NCBI GenBank assembly: GCA_050735075.1
Contig: JBOHVJ010000474.1
Location: forward strand, 1-42,640
Length of the DNA stretch: 42,640 nt
From: Candidatus Binatia bacterium
GTDB taxonomy: Bacteria > Desulfobacterota > Binatia > UBA9968
Direction: 5' to 3'
The notes beneath the pieces were generated by a model. The model saw only the letters and a program-made list of their open reading frames with translations. It did no database searches and was not told where the DNA came from. Below are positions 33,277 through 41,840 of this stretch, in pieces (position 1 is the first letter of the stretch; the number at the start of each line of letters is the position of its first letter). The translations under genes were made by a program, and so were the position numbers.

Positions 33277-33426
33277 CTAAGCCTTCCTATTATCTTTCTT
33301 GCCACCAGACTCCGGCTTAGCCGTTCCCTCATTACTGTAATTCGTAGAACTGCATTGAGGGCATCGAGGAGCGTCCACTGAATAAGCCGCAGTGCAGTCG
33401 TTACAGATCCAATTCAGCTTCATCAT
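33277..33426 (-). CDS. 49-aa zinc-ribbon protein
   Basis: Below the ORF-track cutoff. Product MMKLNWICNDCTAAYSVDAPRCPQCSSTNYSNEGTAKPESGGKKDNRKA (CxxC...CxxC). Its ATG overlaps the stop of ORF 33423-33689 (ATGA). Confidence 0.5.
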   Translation of the reverse strand: MMKLNWICNDCTAAYSVDAPRCPQCSSTNYSNEGTAKPESGGKKDNRKA

Positions 33427-33689
33427 AGCTGCTTCCGCTTCTTGCTACCGAATCGCGGTGATTCCGTCTCGCGGGTACTGCCACCCGTCGAACGAGCAAT
33501 AGAGGACGCCTCCTGGTCCTTTTCGGAGGGGCTCTCCGTCGTTCGGGCAGGCGACGGGAGGTTTACTGAGGGCATCTCTGCGGTTTCTTGCGGCTTCTCC
33601 GAGGATGCTGAGGAGGTCTCCGTAGGCCATGTCTTCTGCTCCTGTTCGTGACGATTGCTAGCGCCGCCGTGCTTTGTGATTTTTGCCAT
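33423..33689 (-). CDS. alternative-frame low-complexity ORF (88 aa) overlapping 33445-33630
   Basis: ORF-track ORF. A strong GAGGGAG SD precedes the ATG at 33689, and its stop is ATGA-coupled to the zinc-ribbon ORF. The product is S/T/E/P-rich low complexity. It is unclear whether it is translated. Confidence 0.3.
   Translation of the reverse strand: MAKITKHGGASNRHEQEQKTWPTETSSASSEKPQETAEMPSVNLPSPARTTESPSEKDQEASSIARSTGGSTRETESPRFGSKKRKQL
33445..33630 (-). CDS. hypothetical 61-aa protein
   Basis: ORF-track ORF with AGGAG 9 nt upstream of the ATG. The globular-looking sequence ..VACPNDGEPLRKGPGGVLYCSFDGWQYP.. fits non-overlapping tiling between 33658-33840 and 33277-33426. Confidence 0.55.
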   Translation of the reverse strand: MAYGDLLSILGEAARNRRDALSKPPVACPNDGEPLRKGPGGVLYCSFDGWQYPRDGITAIR

Positions 33690-33840
33690 TATTACGTCGC
33701 TCCCTCTTATTATCTACTTCCATCTTCTGCTGTGTCGCCGGTATCGGCTCTGTGATCCGGAGTTTGCCCGTGTGCCTGCATTCCTGCTTGGACATTTGCA
33801 AACACACACCAGAACCGCAATGGTCACAAACCGCACTCAT
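33658..33840 (-). CDS. 60-aa Cys-rich basic protein
   Basis: ORF-track ORF with TAGGAG 6 nt upstream of the ATG. Product MSAVCDHCGSGVC...C.H.. followed by a basic tail. Confidence 0.5.
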   Translation of the reverse strand: MSAVCDHCGSGVCLQMSKQECRHTGKLRITEPIPATQQKMEVDNKRERRNNGKNHKARRR

Positions 33841-33905
33841 GCTTACTCCTATGAAGAATGCCGGAAACTAGTTATTAGTAGCCCCCGGCACCCCTTCTCT
33901 TTAAA

Positions 33906-34175
33906 TTACGGAATCATCTTTGCGTTGCGGAGAACAGTCTGAATGTTATTGATCTTCGCAGCGAGACTGGCAAGTTGGTTCGCTAGAGTCGCCTCCGTGT
34001 ATGCAGCAGGAACATCAGCAAGAGTGTCACTGGCGGTACCTCCCGTATTGTCTGTGAGGTTAGCGCTGGTAGCCCCCTGCGTTGTCTGAATCTTAAGGAC
34101 GGATGTTCCTGAGTTATTCATAAACTCAAGCGAACCGTCCCCATTAGTCTTTCCCTTAAGTTTCCCGGTAGCCAT
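33906..34175 (-). CDS. hypothetical head-module protein (89 aa)
   Basis: ORF-track ORF. Positional call only. Confidence 0.6.
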   Translation of the reverse strand: MATGKLKGKTNGDGSLEFMNNSGTSVLKIQTTQGATSANLTDNTGGTASDTLADVPAAYTEATLANQLASLAAKINNIQTVLRNAKMIP

Positions 34176-34186
34176 GTCAATCCTCC

Positions 34187-34690
34187 CTATGCCCTCAGCG
34201 GAGCAGCCATGTTTTCGGGAGCGCGCTGCACAGTCAAATCATGCAGAATGTAAACCACAACGCCCAACTGTCCCGCTGTGGTCGTGGCCGCCACATCCAG
34301 AGAAACATACGCAAACCCATCACTGAGCTGATCAGCGCCAACGTAGACCGCGTAAATCCCTTCTTCCTCAGCGGAAGTAGCATTGAGGGTCAGAGTGGCA
34401 GCCTTAGTCTGCGTGACCTTAGACCACTTCTCATCCCCATCCAGCGTAGCTTCCTGCTTCTGGTAGTGCTTGGCGATCACAGCGAGGTTCTGCGAGGTAC
34501 CACCGGTGTCAGCGTTATGCTCCTTCAGCGTGAGCACAGGGTCTTCACCCGCAGTGCCCGCGTCCTTCACGAACAGGATTGTCACACCAGTAGCACCCTG
34601 GAGCTTGACCCGCTTCCCCGTTGTTGCAGCGTTCAAATCCTTAGGGGCTGCTCCGATTGAAACATCCAAAAGTCGCCCAAGGGCTTCCAT
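34187..34690 (-). CDS. hypothetical head-module protein (167 aa; decoration/cement candidate)
   Basis: ORF-track ORF with a GGAGAGG SD, located downstream of the capsid gene. Function is a positional guess. Confidence 0.65.
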   Translation of the reverse strand: MEALGRLLDVSIGAAPKDLNAATTGKRVKLQGATGVTILFVKDAGTAGEDPVLTLKEHNADTGGTSQNLAVIAKHYQKQEATLDGDEKWSKVTQTKAATLTLNATSAEEEGIYAVYVGADQLSDGFAYVSLDVAATTTAGQLGVVVYILHDLTVQRAPENMAAPLRA

Positions 34691-34794
34691 TTTCTTTACC
34701 TCTCCGATCGGGGTTTTAATGCCGATCTGGTTGAGCTTACCGGGGGAGATTTCACAGCCTTTTGCTGATCCTTCCTCCCCCTCAGCCTAGAGCG

Positions 34795-35055
34795 TTATGT
34801 TCTAACTAACAGCTTTACCGGAGTGCTCTTATCAGCAATAGCATTGATATTTGCTCCGGTGCTCAGGTCAGAACTAGTGTTCATCTTAACCTGTCCCCGA
34901 ATAGGGGTTCCCGCTGCCACAGTTACGCCCGAACCTCCGACGTACACCACCTGATTATGGGGAACGGTAATCCACACTTCCTTATCCCCCGTTGTGAAGG
35001 TGTAGACGGATGTGTCAGTGGTCCCCACAGTAACGGTAGAACTTGTGTACGCCAT
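34795..35055 (-). CDS. hypothetical small beta-rich protein (86 aa)
   Basis: ORF-track ORF immediately after the major capsid gene. T/V/G-rich. Confidence 0.6.
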   Translation of the reverse strand: MAYTSSTVTVGTTDTSVYTFTTGDKEVWITVPHNQVVYVGGSGVTVAAGTPIRGQVKMNTSSDLSTGANINAIADKSTPVKLLVRT

Positions 35056-35061
35056 CGTTCA

Positions 35062-36441
35062 TCACGCCCTAGCGGCAATCTTCACGAACGGGCTGAGCGT
35101 GTCACCGTTGTTCTTGGGGGTGATAGCGCTCTGAAGCCACGGGAGACCGTCCACCCGCTCGATGATCCTGAAAGCCGTCTCGTCAGTGTCGAACTTGAAA
35201 TGTTCGCTCGAACGAGCGCTCATCACCTGGCGGTCGCCGATCAGGTAGTACGACAGGTCGACAAAGTTGATGTCACCCGCGTCGCCTACCTTCGGGGCCT
35301 TCTCAGTGAAAATCACAGGACGTCCGAGAATGGTGACCGGAGGTCCTTCAACACCGTTGTTCAACCACACAGCGGAGCCACCGGTACCCACACTAAGCGC
35401 CATGGTCGCAAGCTGCGGGAAGGTGTCAACACTCGCGACCCACACAGCCCGGTTAAGGCTCTGAGGAAGCATCCGAGCGAACATCTTGACAATGTTCTCC
35501 CACAGAATTGTGTCGGCCGCCTGGCTGGTCTCCTTCGCCACCTCGATCGCGGCACCAGCCTTGAGGAAGCCGCTCGGCTCCCCAACTCCCGAGCCGTTGA
35601 AGAAAGCATCATCCTCGTAGAATGCGAGAGCCTGAGGAAATACATCGTTGATAAATGCGGTAAAGCTGAGCAGCGAATCGGCCAGAAGCTCGTTTGGGGC
35701 CACCGTGTACGCTGTTAGCTTCTTTGCCTCAAGCACGACGCGCTTGAACCTTGCCTGCGTCGCTGTGAGCGCCGCTGCTTCCTCCGTCCAGTAGGCAGTG
35801 ATGCCACCGAACACGGAAGAAACATTGCTGGTGGAGTCGATGGCAGGGAACGGAACTCGCAGCGTCTCCATTGGGATGACCCGAGCACGGGACCGAACAA
35901 TGGAGTTCTCGATAGCGACCCGAAGCAGTTCCGCACGAAGTCGCTCGGGAATGAGGAACCCACCCTCGCTGGGCACGGTGCTGGAGAACGCGTTCCGAAC
36001 CCGGCTGAGTTTGGCTCGCGTTGGCGCATCCTGGTCTGCCTGGTGCCAGATAGTTTGAAAAAACTCGCCGGCATTGGTGAATTCGTTATCCAGTTTGGCG
36101 CCCATCGCCTGCGGGTTGTAAACGTCGTTCGGGTCGGTCTGCTTGATGAGCGGACTGCTGTGGCTGAGGTTCAGCTTGCGCAGGTTGTCAGCCTCGTTCT
36201 CCTTCAGCCAACTAGCCAGCACCTTCTGCGTCTCATCCCGCACCTGCGTCGCGATCTCCATGTCCTTGTCCAGGACGTTCCTGGCATAGTTGGAGATGAA
36301 CTGAGAGAGCGCGTTCTTGTCCGCGAAGACAGCCTTCATCTTCTTCTGATCGGTGAGCATTTCTTCCAGGGAAGCTCCGTCGGTCGGAACGGTAATCCGA
36401 TCGACGTCATCCGCATTGGCGGTCTTGTCCTTAGTTGTCAC
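35062..36441 (-). CDS. major capsid protein, HK97 fold
   Basis: 459 aa, directly after the protease gene with a 4-nt overlap. An N-terminal ~100-aa coiled-coil delta-like region is followed by a sequence typical of HK97-family capsid proteins. Recognised by eye and by position. Confidence 0.88.
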   Translation of the reverse strand: MTTKDKTANADDVDRITVPTDGASLEEMLTDQKKMKAVFADKNALSQFISNYARNVLDKDMEIATQVRDETQKVLASWLKENEADNLRKLNLSHSSPLIKQTDPNDVYNPQAMGAKLDNEFTNAGEFFQTIWHQADQDAPTRAKLSRVRNAFSSTVPSEGGFLIPERLRAELLRVAIENSIVRSRARVIPMETLRVPFPAIDSTSNVSSVFGGITAYWTEEAAALTATQARFKRVVLEAKKLTAYTVAPNELLADSLLSFTAFINDVFPQALAFYEDDAFFNGSGVGEPSGFLKAGAAIEVAKETSQAADTILWENIVKMFARMLPQSLNRAVWVASVDTFPQLATMALSVGTGGSAVWLNNGVEGPPVTILGRPVIFTEKAPKVGDAGDINFVDLSYYLIGDRQVMSARSSEHFKFDTDETAFRIIERVDGLPWLQSAITPKNNGDTLSPFVKIAARA

Positions 36442-37790
36442 TTCTTTGCCACCTTCCTGATGATGTTTTTGAGCCCGGTGAGATCAATGTCCATGTCCTC
36501 GTCGTCTTTTTCCTTTGTCTCAGTTTTTGGCTGCGGTGGAGCGGGAGCGTCGTTAGCCACATCTTTCATAACGGCATGAAACGTTTCCGCGTCCATTTCA
36601 AACGTAGTCTTTTCTGCCGCGACTATAGCATCCCGCATTGCGGTGGCATCCAGCGAGAAATCGTTATCGTCTTCATCCCCCTCAGTATTGTTGCTGGCAT
36701 TGCCGGCTGGATCGATCTTATTCACGTAACCGAACTCGGCAAGCAGCGCGTCTTCTGTCTCAGAGTGATCTGAGTCCGGCACATGCCCTCTGAGATGATG
36801 CAACACGGCCGCTTTCTCAGACTCTCCTCCCTTCACCTGATTGGCTCTGGCCTTCGCAGCCACAACCCCCGCACGAATAGCAGCCCCCGGATTCCCATCA
36901 GAACTGACCTGATGGTGAGGAAGATGTCCGGCTGACTTCGGGATAGCGCCGTCCGCCACCGACTCCTCATCCCAGGACGTGTAAAACCGCTTCGCCTTGG
37001 CGAGCGGCACCGGAGTCGGCAACTTGCCCTCTTGAGCCGAGCGCGACCACGCGCCCTCCACAACACTGGTCGAGTGCGGACCAGCGACCGCGTTTTCAAT
37101 GCCCTCAGCCGAATTCTTAATTAGCTGTACCGCCGGAGGTGGGGCGTGCTCACGGCCCGCGTAGTTAAACGCCGACAAATCCCACTGAGCCGCTGAAAGC
37201 TTGTCTTCCGGCGCGTCTCCGTCGTGAACGCTGTCGGCCAACCCGGCATCAACTGCTTCGTCAGCAGTAAACCAGGTTTCTGCCTTCATCAGGTCCCGCC
37301 AGGATGCTGCGGTACCACCCCTCTGTGAAGCATAGAGAGATGCGATGTTCTGGCTCTGCTTGTCCATAAGTTCAGCGGCTTCCCGCATTAGGGCGGCATC
37401 GCCCCGGGCAAACCCGTGCGCCTCGTGGATCATCATCTGAGAGCCGGGCATCATGACAATCTCGTCACCAGCCATCGCGATCACTGAGGCAATACTGGCA
37501 GCGAGAGCATCCACGTAGGTAGTGACATGAGCACTGTGGAACCGCAACGCGTTCATGATTGCAATTCCGTCGTACACACTGCCACCGGGGGAATTAATGT
37601 GCAGGTCAATCTGCGTTGCCGTCAGGTCCTTAATTTGATCAATGAACCTCTGCGCAGAAGTCCCGAACCAGGAAATCTCATCGTAGATATAAACTTCAGC
37701 GGCCGTTTCCCCCTGATTTTTGATGGAATACCAATCCCGCTTCGCGTGCTGAAGATTGGAAAGTGTCTTCCTCATCTCGTCCAAATCCAT
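36438..37790 (-). CDS. ClpP-type (S14) prohead protease fused to a C-terminal scaffold-like region
   Basis: ORF-track 36438-37805 with the start placed at the ATG at 37790 (GGGAG upstream). Contains YIYDEISWFG, INSPGGSVYDGIAIMNAL, the Ser in ALAASIAS and the His in MMIHEAHG. The C-terminal ~230 aa is acidic and Ala-rich. Confidence 0.86.
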   Translation of the reverse strand: MDLDEMRKTLSNLQHAKRDWYSIKNQGETAAEVYIYDEISWFGTSAQRFIDQIKDLTATQIDLHINSPGGSVYDGIAIMNALRFHSAHVTTYVDALAASIASVIAMAGDEIVMMPGSQMMIHEAHGFARGDAALMREAAELMDKQSQNIASLYASQRGGTAASWRDLMKAETWFTADEAVDAGLADSVHDGDAPEDKLSAAQWDLSAFNYAGREHAPPPAVQLIKNSAEGIENAVAGPHSTSVVEGAWSRSAQEGKLPTPVPLAKAKRFYTSWDEESVADGAIPKSAGHLPHHQVSSDGNPGAAIRAGVVAAKARANQVKGGESEKAAVLHHLRGHVPDSDHSETEDALLAEFGYVNKIDPAGNASNNTEGDEDDNDFSLDATAMRDAIVAAEKTTFEMDAETFHAVMKDVANDAPAPPQPKTETKEKDDEDMDIDLTGLKNIIRKVAKK

Positions 37791-39024
37791 CTTGACTCCC
37801 ATCAAACTGTGCTGCGAAAACTTTACCTGTGTGTTTCATAGCTGGAAGGTCCAGCACCGCTACAACGTCATCAGGTTCATAGCCTGCTGTCACCAACGCC
37901 AACGCAGCTTTACTCTTTGAGTCGCGTTCCCGGTCGTTAGCCTCACGGCTTTCCGGCACCGGATCATCGAAATCCATCTCCCGTAGCTTGGTCGTCTCAC
38001 TGAACATCGGAAGAAGTTTGTTATTGACAGCGTTCTTCAGGCGACGGAGACGAGGCGTAAGCAGCCAACGACCGTACATCTCCTCGCCTACCTCGGCGTT
38101 GGCCCTGTTCACGTCATCGACGGTACCAAGCATGATCTTCGGGTACCCGAACGCTTCTCTGATTACCTCCCTGGAGACGTCCCGCAACTCCGCGAATTGC
38201 ATGTCCCGCATCGTGTATTTAGTTTCGATCCACTTCCCTTGCTCAATAACCGCCACACGGTGTGCGTTTCCAACGCCCTGATGCTGATCCCGCCACCGGC
38301 CTGTCATCTCTTTCCACTCAGCATCAGAGAGACGTTTGTCAACCTGAACAATTCCACCTGGGCGGGCTCCGTTGATGAAGAAATTACGGTTCCACTCAGC
38401 GGAGAATCGAGCGCTGTCGATATCCGTCAGCAACGACTGCACAGGTCCCAACCCGCGATGCCCGGGGTTCATCGGATCGGTCCAGTAAATAGGAATAACT
38501 TCCTCAACTTCAAGAGGAATCTGCTCCCCGTTGGGGCCGTTATACACCCACCCTAAAAGGAAGTTCCGCTCATGGGAGATTGGCTCCATACGGTCGGGGC
38601 GGATCGGCCACAGCTCCAAGGGAAGCCCCGAAGCCATCTGACTCCGCACGACCAGCATGTACGCTTCACCAGTCAGGTCTATGTGCTGAAACAATGTTTC
38701 ACGAAACTCAAAACCATCAAAGAAGGGATTGGGTTTCTCCCACAGGTCCAGCAGCGCGTGCGAAGAAATCTCCGTACGCTCCTCCTTTTTACGCGTTTTG
38801 GACTTCTTGAAGAGCCCCCACTCAACTCCCGCGCAGCTCTCCGCATTTCGGCTGACGATCGCGAACAACGTACTGACAGCACCGTAGGAAGAAAGCTCAG
38901 CCCGCCTGCCGGTGTTACCCATGATCGCGCCAAACCATGATTTCTCATGGATAGGATGTCTGTTCCTGACCTGCTCAGGCGCACCCTGTCTTAGATTTGA
39001 TATCTGATCCAGAAAACTCTTCAT
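37696..39024 (-). CDS. portal protein (HK97-family type)
   Basis: 442 aa, located between terL and the protease gene. The sequence character is typical of HK97-type portals. Its 3' end overlaps the protease gene by about 95 nt. Confidence 0.85.
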   Translation of the reverse strand: MKSFLDQISNLRQGAPEQVRNRHPIHEKSWFGAIMGNTGRRAELSSYGAVSTLFAIVSRNAESCAGVEWGLFKKSKTRKKEERTEISSHALLDLWEKPNPFFDGFEFRETLFQHIDLTGEAYMLVVRSQMASGLPLELWPIRPDRMEPISHERNFLLGWVYNGPNGEQIPLEVEEVIPIYWTDPMNPGHRGLGPVQSLLTDIDSARFSAEWNRNFFINGARPGGIVQVDKRLSDAEWKEMTGRWRDQHQGVGNAHRVAVIEQGKWIETKYTMRDMQFAELRDVSREVIREAFGYPKIMLGTVDDVNRANAEVGEEMYGRWLLTPRLRRLKNAVNNKLLPMFSETTKLREMDFDDPVPESREANDRERDSKSKAALALVTAGYEPDDVVAVLDLPAMKHTGKVFAAQFDGSQDGFGRDEEDTFQSSAREAGLVFHQKSGGNGR

Positions 39025-39028
39025 ATAC

Positions 39029-39238
39029 TCACACCATTCGGCTCAGCACAAAACAGGAAATTCCACCTGCTGCTATTCCCAGCGGCAAGGTTACCATTCC
39101 GGCTGCCAGACTCAGGGCGGTAAGACCCGCAACCTCGAAAAAGACGCGCTTCCAGTTGTTCTCCGACTTCTCACGATTCACCATGTACTCGACTCCGGCA
39201 CGCGCCAAAGTCCCAAAAAACGTCTGCCTTCTATGCAT
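39029..39238 (-). CDS. membrane protein (69 aa) between terL and portal
   Basis: ORF-track ORF with hydrophobic segments VAGLTALSLAAGMVTLPLGIAAGGISCFVL. Confidence 0.55.
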   Translation of the reverse strand: MHRRQTFFGTLARAGVEYMVNREKSENNWKRVFFEVAGLTALSLAAGMVTLPLGIAAGGISCFVLSRMV

Positions 39239-39268
39239 CTGGTCCTGTCTCCTTTGTTGAGAGCGGGG

Positions 39269-40672
39269 CTAGTAGTCCAGCATCCTCACTCGTGGCCTAG
39301 CCCCTAGGTCTTTCTCCGCAACAACATATCTCATGGCGTCCATCGCGTGGTCATCTTCCTTCAGTGGTTCCTCTTTGGCGTCGCCGTCTTTGGTCTGCGC
39401 CCACACGTACCCAATTATCTCTTCTAGAAGAGACTGCGGCTTATGGTTCCGATCCAGTTCGGGATCACGTTCCACCAGCGAATCTTCCATAAAGTAGATC
39501 CTGGCGTAACCATCCTTTTGCACTTTCAATCGCTCTTGAACGCATTGAATTCCGTTCGAGACCTCTTTGATGGCTGCTACCGTGCTCAGTCCCAGATATT
39601 TCTCTAACTGTGCACGACCTTCCGCGTCATGGTCACAAATAATCGACTGAGGCTGCGGCTCTGTCCACTTCGTCACGCACTCAAAGCAGGTGTGGCAGAT
39701 ATGGTCGTCATGCCGGTTACCGCAACAGGTAACGCACTCAACCACCTGATCCAGCATTGCCTTAGCATGGTCCCGTACCAGCGTCTGAGATTTATACATC
39801 TCTCGGTACATGATCAGTGCGCCGTCAGGATCTTCCGCCCACCACTGACATACAAAGGCGTTTGTGAAGCCGAAGTCCACAGACCAGTAACGAGTCCAGT
39901 CTTCCGGGATATCCGCCTTCTCGATGACATGCAGGGCCGGATCGAACTCTTCATAGATCATGCCTTCAGCCGCGACCCACAGTCCTTTACGAAGTCGCAG
40001 GTAACGAACTCCGGTGAGTTTGTCGAGCTTTTCCAGGTATTCCTTTCCATACTGCGTCACATCCCCGTTCTCATCGAACAAACGAGGATTGTCCTCGTGG
40101 CGGGTCTCCAGTAACACCGTATCGCCTTTGTCTGCCCGTTTCTTCAACCAGTGGGTGGGTGCACCAGGGTTACAGTCCCCTATCAGTTGCTGGAAGCTCA
40201 CAACCCCGTTTCTGAGCCTGGTGGTGACCAACTCCCAGTCATTTTTACGGAGTTCCGTAGCTTCTTGAATGTAAATCATGTCGTACTCGGAGGACATGAT
40301 CTTGATTGGTTTGTCCAGTCCACCGATCAAAATCTCGGAACCGTTCTTGTACCGGTAGTGTGGAGGATACTGCGCTGATCCACCGTAGTACTCCACATCC
40401 CCGTTAGCCATGGCTTCCTTCACTACGAACTTCCGCCATGTGTCAAGAGCCGTGCTCGCAAGGGAGGACTGAGTTTTACGTGTGATAAGCCCCCGCATGC
40501 CCGGATTCAACACGGCCACCACATGTAGCTTCTCCAGGCAAGCCCGGCTCTTGCCCGTCCCGGCGGGACCGGACAACAAAACCTCGTCATCCCTGCGCTT
40601 GAACAGTTGAGCGCATCCACCGCGTGGCCTGAAATGATGACGGAGTTTTAGCCGCTCCCTAGTCCTCGCCAT
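39269..40672 (-). CDS. terL: terminase large subunit
   Basis: 467 aa. Walker A LSGPAGTGKS, Walker B-like MIYIQEATE, and nuclease-domain Asp motifs YWSVDFGFT and IICDHDAEG. An unusual Cys/His cluster lies at aa 313-332. Confidence 0.92.
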   Translation of the reverse strand: MARTRERLKLRHHFRPRGGCAQLFKRRDDEVLLSGPAGTGKSRACLEKLHVVAVLNPGMRGLITRKTQSSLASTALDTWRKFVVKEAMANGDVEYYGGSAQYPPHYRYKNGSEILIGGLDKPIKIMSSEYDMIYIQEATELRKNDWELVTTRLRNGVVSFQQLIGDCNPGAPTHWLKKRADKGDTVLLETRHEDNPRLFDENGDVTQYGKEYLEKLDKLTGVRYLRLRKGLWVAAEGMIYEEFDPALHVIEKADIPEDWTRYWSVDFGFTNAFVCQWWAEDPDGALIMYREMYKSQTLVRDHAKAMLDQVVECVTCCGNRHDDHICHTCFECVTKWTEPQPQSIICDHDAEGRAQLEKYLGLSTVAAIKEVSNGIQCVQERLKVQKDGYARIYFMEDSLVERDPELDRNHKPQSLLEEIIGYVWAQTKDGDAKEEPLKEDDHAMDAMRYVVAEKDLGARPRVRMLDY

Positions 40673-41108
40673 CAGTGTTCTCCGGAGTCTTCATCGGATG
40701 TTCGGCAAGATACTCTTCCTTCCTTGCTTCTGGGGGAATCACGATAATTCTGTATCCCGGGGGAATCGCCCTCTTATTCCATTGTTTAGTCAACCTTTCA
40801 CGTTCCTTCTCTTGCTTCTTCTTGGCTCGGTAGAAATGAATTGGAAGCCACAGCACCAGCGCGCCTAGTCCTGCGCCAGTCAGCGCCAGAATGACTTCCA
40901 GACTTAGATTGGAAACAATAAGCTCTGTCCAGGTCACTGTACCTGGGTCGTCGTCTGTAGCAGCCGTAATCTCCATACCAATCGGGATTAGCGTAAATAA
41001 CAAAAAGATAATCGTCCATGCAAACCTTTTGTTCATGCTGGCGCTCCTCTCTAGCCGATACCCGGTACCCCTAGGGGGTATAGAAAAAATATCGTTGTAG
41101 TTTTTCAT
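40659..41108 (-). CDS. two-TM membrane protein between terS and terL (alternative start 41036)
   Basis: ORF-track 149 aa. The ATG at 41108 overlaps the terS stop (ATGA). An internal ATG at 41036 has a GAGAGGAG SD. TM segments are FAWTIIFLLFTLIPIG and VILALTGAGLGALVLWLPI. Confidence 0.6.
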   Translation of the reverse strand: MKNYNDIFSIPPRGTGYRLERSASMNKRFAWTIIFLLFTLIPIGMEITAATDDDPGTVTWTELIVSNLSLEVILALTGAGLGALVLWLPIHFYRAKKKQEKERERLTKQWNKRAIPPGYRIIVIPPEARKEEYLAEHPMKTPENTDGED

Positions 41109-41521
41109 GTAAGGTCTCCTAGATCTACATCCTCAAACGAGTAGTTGAGTGTCGAGCCTTCCTGCTTGTTTCCACTGGCCCGAGTAGGGAGGTGGCCTTG
41201 CTCATCCGCCACGAACCGCATTAGTTTACCTTTCTCTGCTTGCAGACCGCGATCCCATCCCTGATACTGCATCAACTCCTCCATACGGTTGATGTCTTTC
41301 TGATACTCCTCCATCCGGTGATCCTTATCAGTAACCCACAACTCCAGTGGTCGCTTCCACCTTTCTATATCCGCACGAAACTCGTCAATGACCTCCTTAT
41401 TGTCCTCAGAAAACTTAAGGACCTTGTTGACAGAGACTTCGTACTCCTCGGCTATGTCACTCACAGCACGGTCATCGGCCAGGTCACGGAGCACACGATA
41501 CCGATTCAATTCCTTACTCAT
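41105..41521 (-). CDS. terS: terminase small subunit candidate (HTH N-terminus)
   Basis: ORF-track 41105-41566 (TTG start) trimmed to the ATG at 41521. MSKELNRYRVLRDLADDRAVSDIAEEYEVSVNKVLKF looks like an HTH. It is the first gene of the packaging operon. The call is mainly positional. Confidence 0.6.
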   Translation of the reverse strand: MSKELNRYRVLRDLADDRAVSDIAEEYEVSVNKVLKFSEDNKEVIDEFRADIERWKRPLELWVTDKDHRMEEYQKDINRMEELMQYQGWDRGLQAEKGKLMRFVADEQGHLPTRASGNKQEGSTLNYSFEDVDLGDLT

Positions 41522-41590
41522 TGTGCCAGGATAACAGATGGTCAGTAATGCCCCTGTTTGGGGCAATTGCGTCCCATCACATTCTCTATC

Positions 41591-41633
41591 CCACTATCCA
41601 CATTAGACACTGCCACTATCCACATTAGACACT
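41591..41633. repeat. 21-bp perfect direct repeat x2 (22-bp period), each containing CTATCCACA
   Basis: ccactatccacattagacact occurs at 41591-41611 and again at 41613-41633. The pair lies about 70-110 nt upstream of the terS ATG. Confidence 0.85.
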
Positions 41634-41840
41634 CCACAATTTCAAATCTTCAACAAAACCTTTTCACTGCCGCCGCGGGCCTCCCCAGACCCGAGCAATT
41701 AAAAACATCCGTGAAACTACATTCACGATCACGGACAGTAGTGAGCCGTCAATGCAATAACAAAGGTAAAATGGTGCTCGTGAAAGTGTATTTCTTAAGA
41801 AATCAACAGTGAATGTCCGAAATGCGAAACCTACGGTACC

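Noticed and set aside
41591-41633. Possible CRISPR mini-array
   Set aside because: There are only two repeat copies separated by 1 nt. There are no spacers and no further repeats, so it is a tandem direct repeat.
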